In this document: positions 1 through 12,600 of the stretch, piece by piece
How the letters are laid out: each line of letters starts with the position of its first letter
How positions within the stretch are numbered: position 1 is the stretch's first letter
NCBI GenBank assembly: GCA_051362555.1
Contig: CM120641.1
Span: 31,688,401 to 31,752,400, forward strand
DNA length: 64,000 nucleotides
DNA from: Lingula anatina
Taxonomy: Eukaryota > Animalia > Brachiopoda
Reading direction: 5' to 3'
Notes under the pieces: model-generated
What the model was told of the DNA's origin: nothing
Database searches by the model: none
What the model saw: the letters and a program-made list of their open reading frames with translations, nothing else
Made by a program: the position numbers and the translations under genes

Positions 1-678
1 GATTCTCAACATAGAGATTGATTGAATCTGGCAAACTGCAATATGAGTTTATTTCCATTTTTGACACTTTATTAGCCAATCGGTTTTCCTCGAAATGTGT
101 TATCAGTGCTGCATATATGCTGAAAAAAAAAAGTGAAAATCCTTCGGTTTGGGAGATATTTAGCATTTAATTCACAAAAAATTTGATAAGGGTGCATGTG
201 ACAAGCTTCACACCTAGGCACCAACAGAGATCAAATTCCCGGGGGATCAAGTTGAGCTATGTGACCCAATTCCAAGAGATGGGGACACATGTCCTTGTAG
301 TCTAGGAGTAGATGTAGTAACAATGACCTATATCCACTGACAGAACACGAAGCCTATGGAACTGGTCGAGACGAGTCGAGACTAAAACCATGAGTACTGC
401 TACCCTCTACCAGGGGCGACAGATTGATTTTTCACAAGATATTCACATTTATATGTCTGTAGACAAATAGACAGTCATTTGGTTCTCTGGCACCCTGTGA
501 TGAAATCTCAAGGCTGATTGCATGTCTGGTAATTGTTTGGATAACTGCTCAGGCACTGCCACTTAACATGCCCCAGTCAAGTCCCCTTGACAGCAGTCCC
601 TTATGAATAGCTTGTTACTTAAGATTGAAGTTAACTGAGGAATCTCCTGTAGTAGCTTCCCACAGAGCGGGTACAATA

Positions 679-845
679 CAGGGGCGGATCCAGGGTTATT
701 TTCTGACAGTCTTCCAATTTATCTTTCTTGGTCCATCCTCCATTTTGACCGTCTTCCGACAAAAAGAATTAGATACCCGTCAATGTAAACTTGAAAATCT
801 GACCGTCTTCCGGAAGACCCAGAAGACGCCCTAAATCCGCCCCTG
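679..845. mobile_element. MITE with CAGGGGCGGAT TIRs (copy 1 of 3)
   Basis: TIR caggggcggat/atccgcccctg; flanking caata duplication; homologous to 27151-27320 and 36288-36443. Confidence 0.8.
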
Positions 846-962
846 CAATATAACGCCATCTACACGCATGCAGATTTAATTGCTTCCATCTGGCCAAAAG
901 TCACAGGGCTTTTCCAAGATTTTAGTATTTATGGTAGTGAACATTCTACTATCTAGTCCCTT

Positions 963-2141
963 TTTATGCACAGACACAGATGTTGATCTGTTAAGTTTTA
1001 ATGAAGTTACACCCTTTTGTGTATAAGTGGTTTTTCTTCAGATTTAATTCTTGGGCATTAGCAGTCTCATTTTCAAACTAATTATATACTTGAAAGTGTT
1101 CTTTTTACATTTTCCGCATCTTAACAATATTGTTTGTATTGTGTAATAAAGTGTCAAAAATGGAAATAAACTCATAAAGTTTGTTCTAGATTCAATCATT
1201 CACTATGTTCATAATCTCAGAATGGAGCAAATTGGACATCAAAAAATTTTCTATTGATATTTTTCCTATGTCAACAATTTTCTTAGTTGATCATATAAAA
1301 ATGACAGTAAATTGATTTTTTTTGTTTTATGTAAAAATGTGTTGAAAATGGAAATAATCTCATTTCAGTAAAGTTATCTCTTGTTTACATTTTGGCATTT
1401 TCAAGGTGTGGCTTTGAACTTCCTTGGGCTTGAAGAGCTTTGCTAGTAACATTTTCTGAACATCCGTGAAACTTTTCTTTTATTATTAAAATTGATGGTA
1501 ATTATGCTGTTAAACATGTAATATTGCATCAAAATTGAGAAAAGAAAAACAATGTCACTTACTCTTCTCAAACTTTCAGAGAGATAACATAGACTTAAAT
1601 GCAGCCTGTTGGAAAAGAGTTTTTTGTCTGTTGTTCATTTTTGCAAAATTTTAATCTTTCACATATTGGCATTTTCAATGTGGTCCTTAGAACTCCACGG
1701 GCATGAAGCCCAGTGGTAATCAAATTTTCTAAATGTAATATTGCATCAAAGTTGACAAAAAACCCACTTCGTGCACAGCCACCACAAACGTTATGGAAAG
1801 AAAACTGTTACTTATTATTTTTTTTAACTTACAAGAATGATTCTTAGGATTGACACACAGCTCAAATTACAAAACCAGCTCTATTGGATTTTTTATTGAA
1901 TTTTTGCAATTTTTTGTAAAATTTTCACTTTTCTCATTCTGGCAATTTTTGAGTGTGAACTTGAACTCTCATGGGCCTGAGTCCCTATGCTTTTACTTTC
2001 ATAGATATTACCTGTTGTGCATAATTAAAATTTGATGTTGTCTTTGCAGTTAAGCATAATGTATTATTGACAGGATCCTATTTTGTGCATTAGTATTTTC
2101 TGCTTTTTTGTCTGTACATTTGACTGCTTTGCTGCCTAGTT
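963..2141 (+). mobile_element. Decayed Helentron-type HINE, family B, opposite orientation to most copies
   Basis: Reverse complement of the family B body; ends gtctgtacatttgactgctttgctgcctagtt. Confidence 0.65.
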
Positions 2142-2940
2142 TAGTTTGAGAATTTTGTTTTCTTTCAAATAACCAGACCAGTCCACAACTACATGCCCAC
2201 TGGTATTATGAGTTTGACTGTTTAATTTTTTGTCTCTTGTCATGTCACTATGTTATAAATGTGACAACATACAAAGTTGTTTATGATTGTTGTTCCAGTA
2301 CAGGATTAACATGTGAGAAGTCTAGAACTTAGAAGTGATATGAAAATAATTACACCTAGCTGATTAAGCATTCAACAAACTACATGTAAAAGCTGGGGTC
2401 TCCATGCGGAATGCATTTCAGATTTGTAAACATTATGTTCACTGACTGATTGAGGTAACAGCTGAACCGACAAATTTACTACACAGGTAAGCAAAGACAG
2501 GTTATGCAATAAGCTACCTTATTATTCCAATAGCACATCCTTGCTATGCTGAGCTACTGCAGCATGGACACAATGTCCTTTGCACGTATGCAGAATCAAT
2601 TGCTTCCAAATGGTCAAAAGAGACAAGGGTATTGAGAAAAGCGCACATTTTAAGTCTGCAGCCCAGGCAGAATGTATGCAAGTATGCTATTTTTAGAAGT
2701 CTTCTGCAGCACCACTCTCAGCATAATTAACCAAGCTTCGCATTTCTTAGCAAACTTCACTGCTATCACAAGTTGAATGAGACAGGGGCGGGGTGGAGTC
2801 CTGATGCTACCTAATGATTTATATATTGTATTCAGTCCTGTTGAGTCGGACAAAATGTAATCCATCTTCAATGAGAATTCTCTTATGTGAGAGCTCTGTT
2901 CCATGGTACCTTTGGTGTACCTCATGTGCTGAAGAAGCCC

Positions 2941-3138
2941 TCACACCTGCTCTTGGCTGTCCAAGTCTTCACTTATGTAGAAATCACTGAGTATACTGAT
3001 AAGTACCTCCAGTGCTGAACTGCATTCATCCATGTCCTGTATGATCAAAGTCTCAAAGTCTGGATTCTCTTGGTCCATACGGGAGGCAGCCAAGTGCTTG
3101 AGGAATTCCTCTCTGTAAGGAGCCGCTTTGGCCGCAAG
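2941..3138 (-). CDS. PLEKHA8: Canonical terminal coding exon (LAAKAAPYREEF...DLDSQEQV*)
   Basis: Phase-0 acceptor catttcatttcag; resembles the FAPP2 C-terminus (ALRAAPSYEDF...LESDEVV); TGA at 2941-2943. Confidence 0.93.
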   Translation of the reverse strand, partial: LAAKAAPYREEFLKHLAASRMDQENPDFETLIIQDMDECSSALEVLISILSDFYISEDLDSQEQV

Positions 3139-6100
3139 CTGAAATGAAATGTACAAAATACAGTATAAAATCCTAAATTTAATGGTTGTTTGGTAAGTTC
3201 AACATTTGAATACAATCCCTCTTATTTGATGGCTGTTCTGTTAGTTCAACATTTGAATACAATCCCTCTTATTTGATGGCTGTTCTGTTAGTTCAACATT
3301 TGAATACAATCCCTCTTAAGTCTTTGTACAATCATCATGCTGAAATAACAGTAAATGAAAGTATGTGATTATTGAGTCAAAATTTGATACTTAATTAAAA
3401 GCTGAAATTCTAGATGTTCACATTTATATGTATAACACAAAAACCACATGCTCCCTTCTCAATTATATTTTGATTTTCACAAAAAAAAAAAAAAAAAAAA
3501 AAAAACTTGCTTAAAATGTCAGAATTGGAGAAGACGTTAGCCGGTAAAATGAATATATATATATATATAGTTCACAAAAGAGTTGATGTCAACTTTGATA
3601 AAGGAATATTAAAAGGCATTACTAGTGCGTTTTTGTGTGCCACAAATGCGTGTGGTGCCATACTGCAATGAGAGCCGATACTGAGAGTAAAAAATTTAAA
3701 TTATCATCCCAAAAATCTTGCATATTTTAGCAAGTAGCAGGAATCTATGCATAAAGTATATAGCAATGTTGATGTCATCTTTATTTAAAGGGTGCATAAA
3801 AAAAAACAGCCTAAAAGAAATGTCAGCGAGCCTAAGAAATCAGAGAGAAATTGCATCATTTTAATTCAAGACACGATTGAAGGTTTCATTATTGCCGCAT
3901 CTCAGGCTAATTTCTCACAGAGAGAAAATTTTGACACTATCATATTGACACGGATCATAGCTAAAAACAAGTATACTACACAACAATTGTACAATTCTGA
4001 ATGCTCATTTTACAGCAACAAACAAGATTGCCTTTACCTTTAGGGCATTTTGAATTCCTCCATGAACAAACATATCAAATTCTCACATAGCTTCCAAATT
4101 GATAGAACAAATTGTACTCATACTTAATCTCTATTAGTCTACTGTCTCATCCACCTGAAGGATTGACTCTCGTTATCGCAAACTATCTGCCCAAATGACA
4201 TACAAAGTCAGCGACAACTGCGATATGCTCGCTACCTGTACGGGAGGTCACGTGATCCGAACGCTCATGGTTTAGCGAAGAGCTCACGTTAAGCCGATTA
4301 TCCTTTGATCTAGCCCCGCGTTTCATGTCCTTCTCTTATTATGTCCAAGCATAAACATAGCTCACAAGATCATTTTTAAGTTTTTTTTATCATCCACATA
4401 CCAAAATTGAGGTTTGCCCTGCATCTAATTATTCAATAATGACTATCTAATTATTCATTAATGACTATCTTTGTGCTGATTTAAAACAATAAAAATCCCC
4501 TTGAAAATAAAAAACCTCGGTGTTTATATATTTTTTGATATAATGTATAAGCATAGGCCACTCAAAGCTGGTATTGTCAATTTAACTCCTTTCTATTTGG
4601 AGATGAGAAACCAATGGGTATGGGGCATAACTTCATCCCTGAACAATATTTTATCACGAAAATTGCCATTGTTGACCACAAGTCAATGGGCTACAATCGC
4701 AAGCTGTCATTTTGATTTAAGTATTTTTGTTATGGAGTTATGAGCCCTTAACTACAGATTTTCATTAAACAAACTTAAAGGCATTATTATTTTCAGCAAT
4801 AAAATCTGAACTAAGGCTTTAAAGAAAAATCGCTGGCAGGTTTTGGAGTACTAAATGGCACAATTAAATTGGTGTTAAATGGTGCTCATGGGTGCTCAGG
4901 TAAAGGAGACGTGAGAAACCAATTTTTCAATTTTTACCTCAAAATTGCAATTATTACATCACCCGTAAGATTACATGTTTGTAAACGTTAATTAATTAAT
5001 TCACAGAACAATGAAGATTTATCTGTTAACAAAAGGAATGTACATGTATGTAAGGCAGCGAATAAGGAGTTTTTGGCAAAGGCTAACAGTATCCTTAATA
5101 ACACAATGAAATTAAAAGAAAAAGTGTTCTCACTGATGGTTGCAAAACTTAATTTTGTATTAAAGTAATTTGTTTCTAGAACTGTCAGTGGCAGTATCTT
5201 TAACCGGTACATGTTTATAATGATTGTTTATTGTGGGAGATAAATCAACAAAGCCACATTTCTCAAGAGAGAGGAATGTTTAGGTGCTGTTGAGGATGCA
5301 ACAGAAATCAAAGAAGACAAAAACACAAATAAATGAAATAAGTAAAAAATTTAATCAAACATTAAATAAAATATAAAAATCAATAAAGACCAATGACTGA
5401 AGGCCTAGTACAGCTGCCAGGAGGGTTGTTGACTGAAGACTGCTGCTACAACTGCCAGAGTGTCTAGTTAGACTTAAATATTGTCTGCTTAAAATACTTG
5501 CTAAGACAAACTTAAGGAAAACTAAAATCACTCCGCATTGGAAAACATATTTGTAGAAAGGGGGAACTTTCACTGGAATACCTCAATGAGACAACTTGGC
5601 TTCTGGCCAAATTAGTTTCCCATGGATTGTTTGCACTTTACACGGAAAATGCCAGCACTATTAGATATTATTTTCACAGAAAATTCAAAATATATCCCGT
5701 TTGATCTTCCAATATTGGTCACAGGTTAAATCCAAGATCATATGTGAAATATCCATGTTTTTTTCTTTTTCTGTATGGACACATCATAACCATACATAAA
5801 GCCATCACCTGCATCTGTGGTCTTCATCCCCCATGCACTTTCAGTGATTATACAATAACTGGAAAAACGTTTGGCCTATTTTCTTCAAACCTCCAATATT
5901 GACGGATATTCAGAAAACACAGGTAGAGATTGAAAATCGGCTTAATCAAGCCAATTTTCCAAAAGTTATATCATTTATTTTCTTTTTCTAGCACATATGC
6001 AATACAATATTTCGAGGAAAATAGATAAGCCAAAAGGAGTAATCAATATTTAAGTGACTTCAAAAATCAGCCTGATTGGTCCATATTCCCAAATGTGATA

Positions 6101-9100
6101 CCTTTTTTCTTTCTGTCTCTTTCAGCATATTTTGAAAATTAAATGCTAAATATCTCCAAAATAGAAGGAATTATGGGAAAAATTACCAAATCTGACAAAA
6201 GGTGATAAGTGGAGATTTTGAGTATGACATTTGATTTTACCTACAGCTTTTATTTCGAGGTCAAATGGGCCAAAATTTTGTAAAAAATTTAATTTTCTGT
6301 GGAAAAATATTTGTTTATGCTGATTTGCTTTGATATTATCAGGAGAAATTACACTGGAGTCTTCTTTCATCATCCTGAGTTTGAGGTCAATCGCTGGATT
6401 TTCAAAGGAGAAGCAGCCATTAGATGCCGAAACTGAAAAGACTCTGTAATTCAGGAACCCTAAAAGCTAGAGACAGCTTGTTTGTTGCAATCTGTAGAGC
6501 TTGATAAGTGCAACACTGAACATGGTGTCATTTTTTTTTGCTGTTTGTTTAACATATGGTTTATTAATTGCATAACTTTAATGTAATGCTGAATGATGAA
6601 ATTTTTTCCACATGTGAAATATTCCAAAACCATACCCATAGTTGTAATTGAACTTGCATAGCAGTTATATACTGGCAATCTTAATGTGACCTTGAACTCG
6701 ACCTTTGACCTGTTTTAGACCATGAACTGTACTTTGCAAATTTTATGGCCCTAGTATCTCCAAAACAAGAAGAGATACGCCCGTTCTTATTAATGAACTT
6801 GAATAGGAACTCATATATTGGCAATCTTAATATGACCTTGGATTTGACCTTTAACCTACTTTTCACCACGCGTATATCTCCGATACTGGCAGAGATACAC
6901 GTACACCCATAGTTACTATTGAACTTGAAAAGGAAAAATATAATGGACATCTAAATATGACCCTGAATATGATATTGGACCTACTGTATTTTTCTACATA
7001 AAATGCACTTTGCATATTTATTAACCTATTTTTCAATACAACTAAAATAGATTCAGATTCGGAAGTTCAGAGCCATACCTTGAAAATGTAAATTTAGACA
7101 AGATAAATGGTTCAATAAAGCTGATTTTTAACTCTACCTGTATATCATGAATATTTATCAGTTTTGCAAGTTTGAAGACAATAGGTAAAATGGTTTTCCA
7201 TTTTTCATGTTATCTCTGAAAGTGCGCGGGAACAGCTATGACAGTGACAGTGATGACAAATGCAGATAACAGCTATATGTACAGACAATTCTGTGTATGT
7301 ACATACATAAAGCCATGTTAACCTGGGTTTTTTCTTCAACAGTAAAATTGCAAGCTTAACAGCTCCTCTATATTGTGCACAGAATTGGTTATTCATTAAC
7401 ACTAATGCCTTCACTTTCATAAAACTCATTAATTCTACTTATGATGAAATATATATCATTCGATTTCTCTTCAAAGTCCTTGAGCAACTGAGACTTGTAA
7501 CCAGGATTATGGAAGTCCTCCTCACTTAGGGCAAAACTCTGGGTGAAGGACAAGGTATCTGAGGCTACAACTGATAAAGCAACCTGGAAAATGAAATGGA
7601 GGGTGAAAAGAGATGAAAGAAAAAAAATGCACAGGTTGCCACCAATGTCACATCTGTGTTTTTTTTTCTGTAAAACAAAGCAGCAAAGCTGTGAAATGCA
7701 TCAATAAAAGGCAGTAAATAAAAAAGGCTACCTATTATTTATCAATTCTGATGCAATATTACATAATGTTTATCGATGAAATCACACCAATTTTTTAGTA
7801 TGTAGAGCAGGTTACATGTGCAATAAGAGTACATATTTAGCATATAGCAAAGGTTTTTATTGCTGTATTTTAATCAATTTGACCAAAATGACGTTTCTTC
7901 AGAATGAATTAATTAATCTTGGTCAAACTGTTTGGCACATTACCATATCTCTGAAAGTGCATGGCGACAGAGGCAGATGCAGGTGATGACTCTATGTACA
8001 GACATGATGAGTCTTTACATAAAAACAGCATAACTTTGAGAAAATTAATCCAGTCTGGGATTAATCATTCTAAAGAATCACTAATTTTGACCACAAGCAA
8101 ACGCAGCCATGGATTACTAGTTGAATGGCTAAAACATCCCCCTGCTAACATGAAGCCTTTGCAATTGCAACACAATATTTGCATAGATGGAAATACAATT
8201 ATAGCTTCAAACTCTTCTAACATGGGATTGCTGCATAAAGTGAAGACGACATTATAAACTACACATAATGTATTTTATTCATCATATATCTAATCAAGAG
8301 ATTATTTTAATTAATAGAAATATCAAACTTACAAATACTGATTTTTTTAATGGTTTGACACCAAAAAAATATCAAAAGAATATTATTTGTTATCTATTCA
8401 TTTGTTAGATATTTTATCATTACAACATCACACCATTCAATATGCAAAGCATGTTATTATGGACTGATACTATTACTGATACATTGGTGAGCAGACACTG
8501 ATGAGGAAGGTCACGGTGTGACCAAATGATATGTGAGGTTTAGCTTCCATTTTAATTTTGTGCAGAAAGTGATAAGTTTAAACTTATGATTATTATCAAT
8601 AGACTACAAAGAAGAATTTTCATCAGAAAATATCAATTAATATATGTAATATTAACCCCTTAAGGACCATTACTTCACTGGTGTGGTAGATTTTCCAAAT
8701 ACTGCAAAGGCCCAATACCGCACTGGTGCATATCTTAGAAAGATTGGCTTCTTTTGTATTGTGAGTCACGAAATGATATATAGTTTAACATCCGGGTGTG
8801 TTTCTTGTCTCTCATTGTTGCCATTTTTAAAGGACGATAGAAATATATATGAATGAGAAAAGGCGATTTTCTAGATATAGTTGGAGAAAGTAAAAGCAAG
8901 ATGGCAGTGCCTTGCTATGGTAGGGGCCTGCAAATGGATTTAATGTTATTGAAATGATTGAAAACTCAGACTTTGGTAAGTAGTTATCGAGTGAAAGTGA
9001 CATAGACAGTGACGATGATATTCCTTTAACAACTTTATGCAATATTCTGAAACAAATGGCGTTGAAATTTGATTTTATAAGTCAGTAATGTGCTCTGGCC

Positions 9101-9573
9101 AACAATGTTCAGGTGAGCTGAAAAGCTGGCTCAAGTATACCTGATAGCAAAATGAGCAAAACTTGAAAACTAATGGAGGTAACTTGCTGAAATTTCCTGG
9201 ATTGAAAGTTAACATAATTGGTATCATCCCTGTGAATTTTCAGGCAAATGTATGGAGTATTAAAAAATGTGAATAAGATAAATCAACTTTTTTTTTTGCC
9301 CCTTACCAAATAAGAATCTAGTTTTAACCGGCCATAACTCTTGATACTGCATGTAAAATTTTAAATGTAATTCCATTTTCATTTAGCTTGAAGTCTTGGC
9401 TTTTTAAAAATGTATACTTTGTATGGGTAATAAAGACACACAAATAAATTATGGCCAATTTACTGAGGTGACTCCACTTTTCAAAGCTAGCTCACAGAAT
9501 TAATTTGGCCCAGCATAAGTTTATGGTTCAGTATTAACAGGTACCTATGGGGTAAAATTTTGAAGTTTTTATG

Positions 9574-9621
<48 letters not shown>

Positions 9622-12600
9622 TGAAAAATTTCAGTACAAGAATGTACATATACCTAAGTATGGTAAATGCAGACTCACTCTCTCTCTTACACACACACTC
9701 TCTCTCTCTCTCTCTCCCTCTCTCTCACACACACACAAATATAAGTTTATAATCTCATGAACAATAGGTGTAAAAAAAAAATAAATAAAAATAATAATAA
9801 TAATAATAATAATAATACTAAAGATCGATACCACAATGTATTCAACCAAAACTACAATAGATTATTAAACAAGAAAAAAGTGCAATATATTATTTTGCTG
9901 AAGCTAATTAAATTCAAACATGTCTGACCAATTTTCCCATTTTTTTCAAAGTTTGTTAAATTTAGCTTTTTTTAATGCATTGAATCTTTATATTATAAAT
10001 TGATCCTTTATGTAATTTATGAGTGAAGAAAGACGCATACATTCTTTCCTTTTGAAACTTTTGTAAATATAAAATTTCGTACAAAGAATAACAAAACTAG
10101 AGGATCAGAGAGGCGATACCGCCTCCGAATATTGTACCACCAGCTGGAGCAAGCGCATTCATATAGACCCCCACATATACAAAATAAGGAACACAGCCAC
10201 CAGTCTTGTGCTTGACAAGCTGTAAAAATGCAATCAACAAGAATTTTCAAAATATGCAAAAAATATATATATTACTAAAAATGGTACAATCAAAGTTAAG
10301 TTCATCGCAAGGTAGGTCAAAGGTCAATTCCAAGGTCACAGTAAATTGCCAGTATATGACTTCCTATTCAACTTCAATAGTAACTATGGGCCTATCTCTG
10401 CCAGGTTTGGAGTTAAAAGAGAAAGAAATTAGCAGAGTTCAGTTCATGATAATAAGTAGGTCAAAGGTCAATTTCAAGGTCACACTTAGATTGCCAGTAT
10501 ATGACTTCCTATTCACGTTCAATAGTAACTATGGACCTATCTCTGCCAGTTTTGGAGATAAAGGGGAAGCAAACTATGCAAAGTTCAGTTCATGGTGAAA
10601 AGTAGGTCAAAGGTCAATTTTAAGGTCACATTTAGATTGCCAGTATATGACTTCCTATTCAACTTCAATAGTAACTATGGACCTATCTCTGCCAGTTTTG
10701 GAGATAAAAGGGAAGCAAAATTTGCAAAGTTCAGTTCATGGTGAAAAGTAGGTCAAAGGTAAATTTTAAGGTCACATTTAGATTGCCAGTATATGACTTC
10801 CTATTCAAGTTCAATAGAAACTATGGACCTTTCTCTGCCAGTTTTGGAGATAAAAGGAAGCAAAATTTGCAAAGTTCAGTTCATGGTGAAAAGTAGGTCA
10901 AAGGTCAATTTTAAGGTCACATTTAGATTGCCAGTATATGACTTCCTATTCAAGTTCAATAGTAACTATGGACCTATCTCTGCCAGTTTTGGAGATAAAA
11001 GGGAAGCAAAATTTGCAAAGTTCAGTTCATGGTGAAAAGTAGGTCAAAGGTCAATTTTAAGGTCACATTTAGATTGCCAGTATATGACTTCCTATTCAAC
11101 TTCAATAGTAACTATGGGCCTATCTCTGCCAGTTTTGGAGATAAAAGGGAAGCAAAATTTGCAAAGTTCAGTTCATGGTGAAAAGTAGGTCAAAGGTCAA
11201 TTTTAAGGTCACATTTAGATTGCCAGTATATGACTTCCTATTCAAGTTCAATAGAAACTTTGGACCTATCTCTGCCAGTTTTGGAGATAAAAAGGAAGCA
11301 AAATTTGCAAAGTTCAGTTCATGGTGAAAAGTAGGTCAAAGGTCAATTTTAAGGTCACATTTAGATTGCCAGTGTATGACTTCCTATTCAAGTTCAATAG
11401 TAACTATGGACCTATCTCTGCCAGTTTTGGAGATATAAGGGACTAAATGTTATAATTTTGGAGTTACCATAATGTGCCATAAATTTCCTACAAAAAAAAT
11501 TAATTAAAATAAAGAAAATGTCATTTTGGTCAAAATTCTTGAAATGGGAGGTGTTCTGAAGTTCCAGATGTTCAAATTTGATGAAATAATGTCATTTTTG
11601 ACCACAAGTTGTCTGCTTTGCCAAGCCTTATGTTTTATTTTTCCGGAGTTCAAAATTTATTATCCATTACCGTACTGCACATTTTGCTTTCACCACCAAT
11701 TTGTACTTTTTGATACAGCGTAACTCGAAAACCGTATGGAATACAAAAAAATGGAGACCACCTCCAGTGTTTGGCTTTACATGCTCTACAAAATGCAAAA
11801 AAGAATGGGTGTCTAGCATTAACGGTTCCCGAATTAGAGACAGTTTTCAGTTTCGATATCTTATGGCCGCTACTCCCGTGAAAATGCACCGATTGACCCC
11901 AAATTCACGGAGATGAAAGATGACCTGAAGGGTAACACTTTCCATTAATATTATTAGTTAAGTCTGTGTGGTGTCTGAATAAGACCGCAAATAATTTTTT
12001 TTTCGGCAAAAATTTTGTTTTTTTGAAAATTTTGGCCCGTTTGACCTTAAAATAAAGGTCAAAGGTCAAATCCAAGGGCATATTTGAAATCTACACATAT
12101 GACTTTTGGAAAGCTGTCTGTAGAAATTTTTCCCATAATTCCTTCTGTAGGGGAGATAATTAGCATTTAATTTTGCCATTTTTGGACAAGGGTGCATTGC
12201 AATGAGTGCCACACCTAGACCCCAATACCGACAAAGCCCAAATTTTACGTGGAACGAGTTGAGATTATAGGTGACCTAAATCCAAGAGATGGGTATGGGG
12301 GCCCTTACCGTCTAGGAGGAGAAGCGGTAACGGTGACTTGGCGGCGGAGCCGCAGGAGCCGCAGGAGCCGGCGGAGCCGGCGGAGCCGCAGGAGCCGGCG
12401 GAACATACGGGTCGGGACTAAAACCATGTGTACCGCCAGCGCCTACGCTGGTGGTACAATTAATTGGGCTGTTTGGGTTTGCTGGATAGCCGAAAAGGAT
12501 GCATTTTTCATTAAAGGTAATGTTTTTATTCGTTCTGTTAAAGATGTAAGCTTTCAGTTCTTCCCAAATTTTCTTACTATACGCGCATTGGAAGAAATGT

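Noticed and set aside
2650-2925. 91-aa ORF just downstream of the stop codon
   Set aside because: Lies in the presumptive 3' UTR, with no recognisable domain or splice support.
4025-4910. Possible DNA transposon bounded by cctttacct/aggtaaagg
   Set aside because: The inverted match is only ~9 bp and no TSD or second copy was found, so boundaries cannot be supported.
7961-8257. 98-aa plus-strand ORF
   Set aside because: Starts in a decayed HINE-B end, has no motif, and is antisense within an intron.
10300-11440. Regular arrays as a CRISPR-like locus
   Set aside because: Units are contiguous 146-bp repeats with no unique spacers, no cas genes are present, and the context is a eukaryotic intron.
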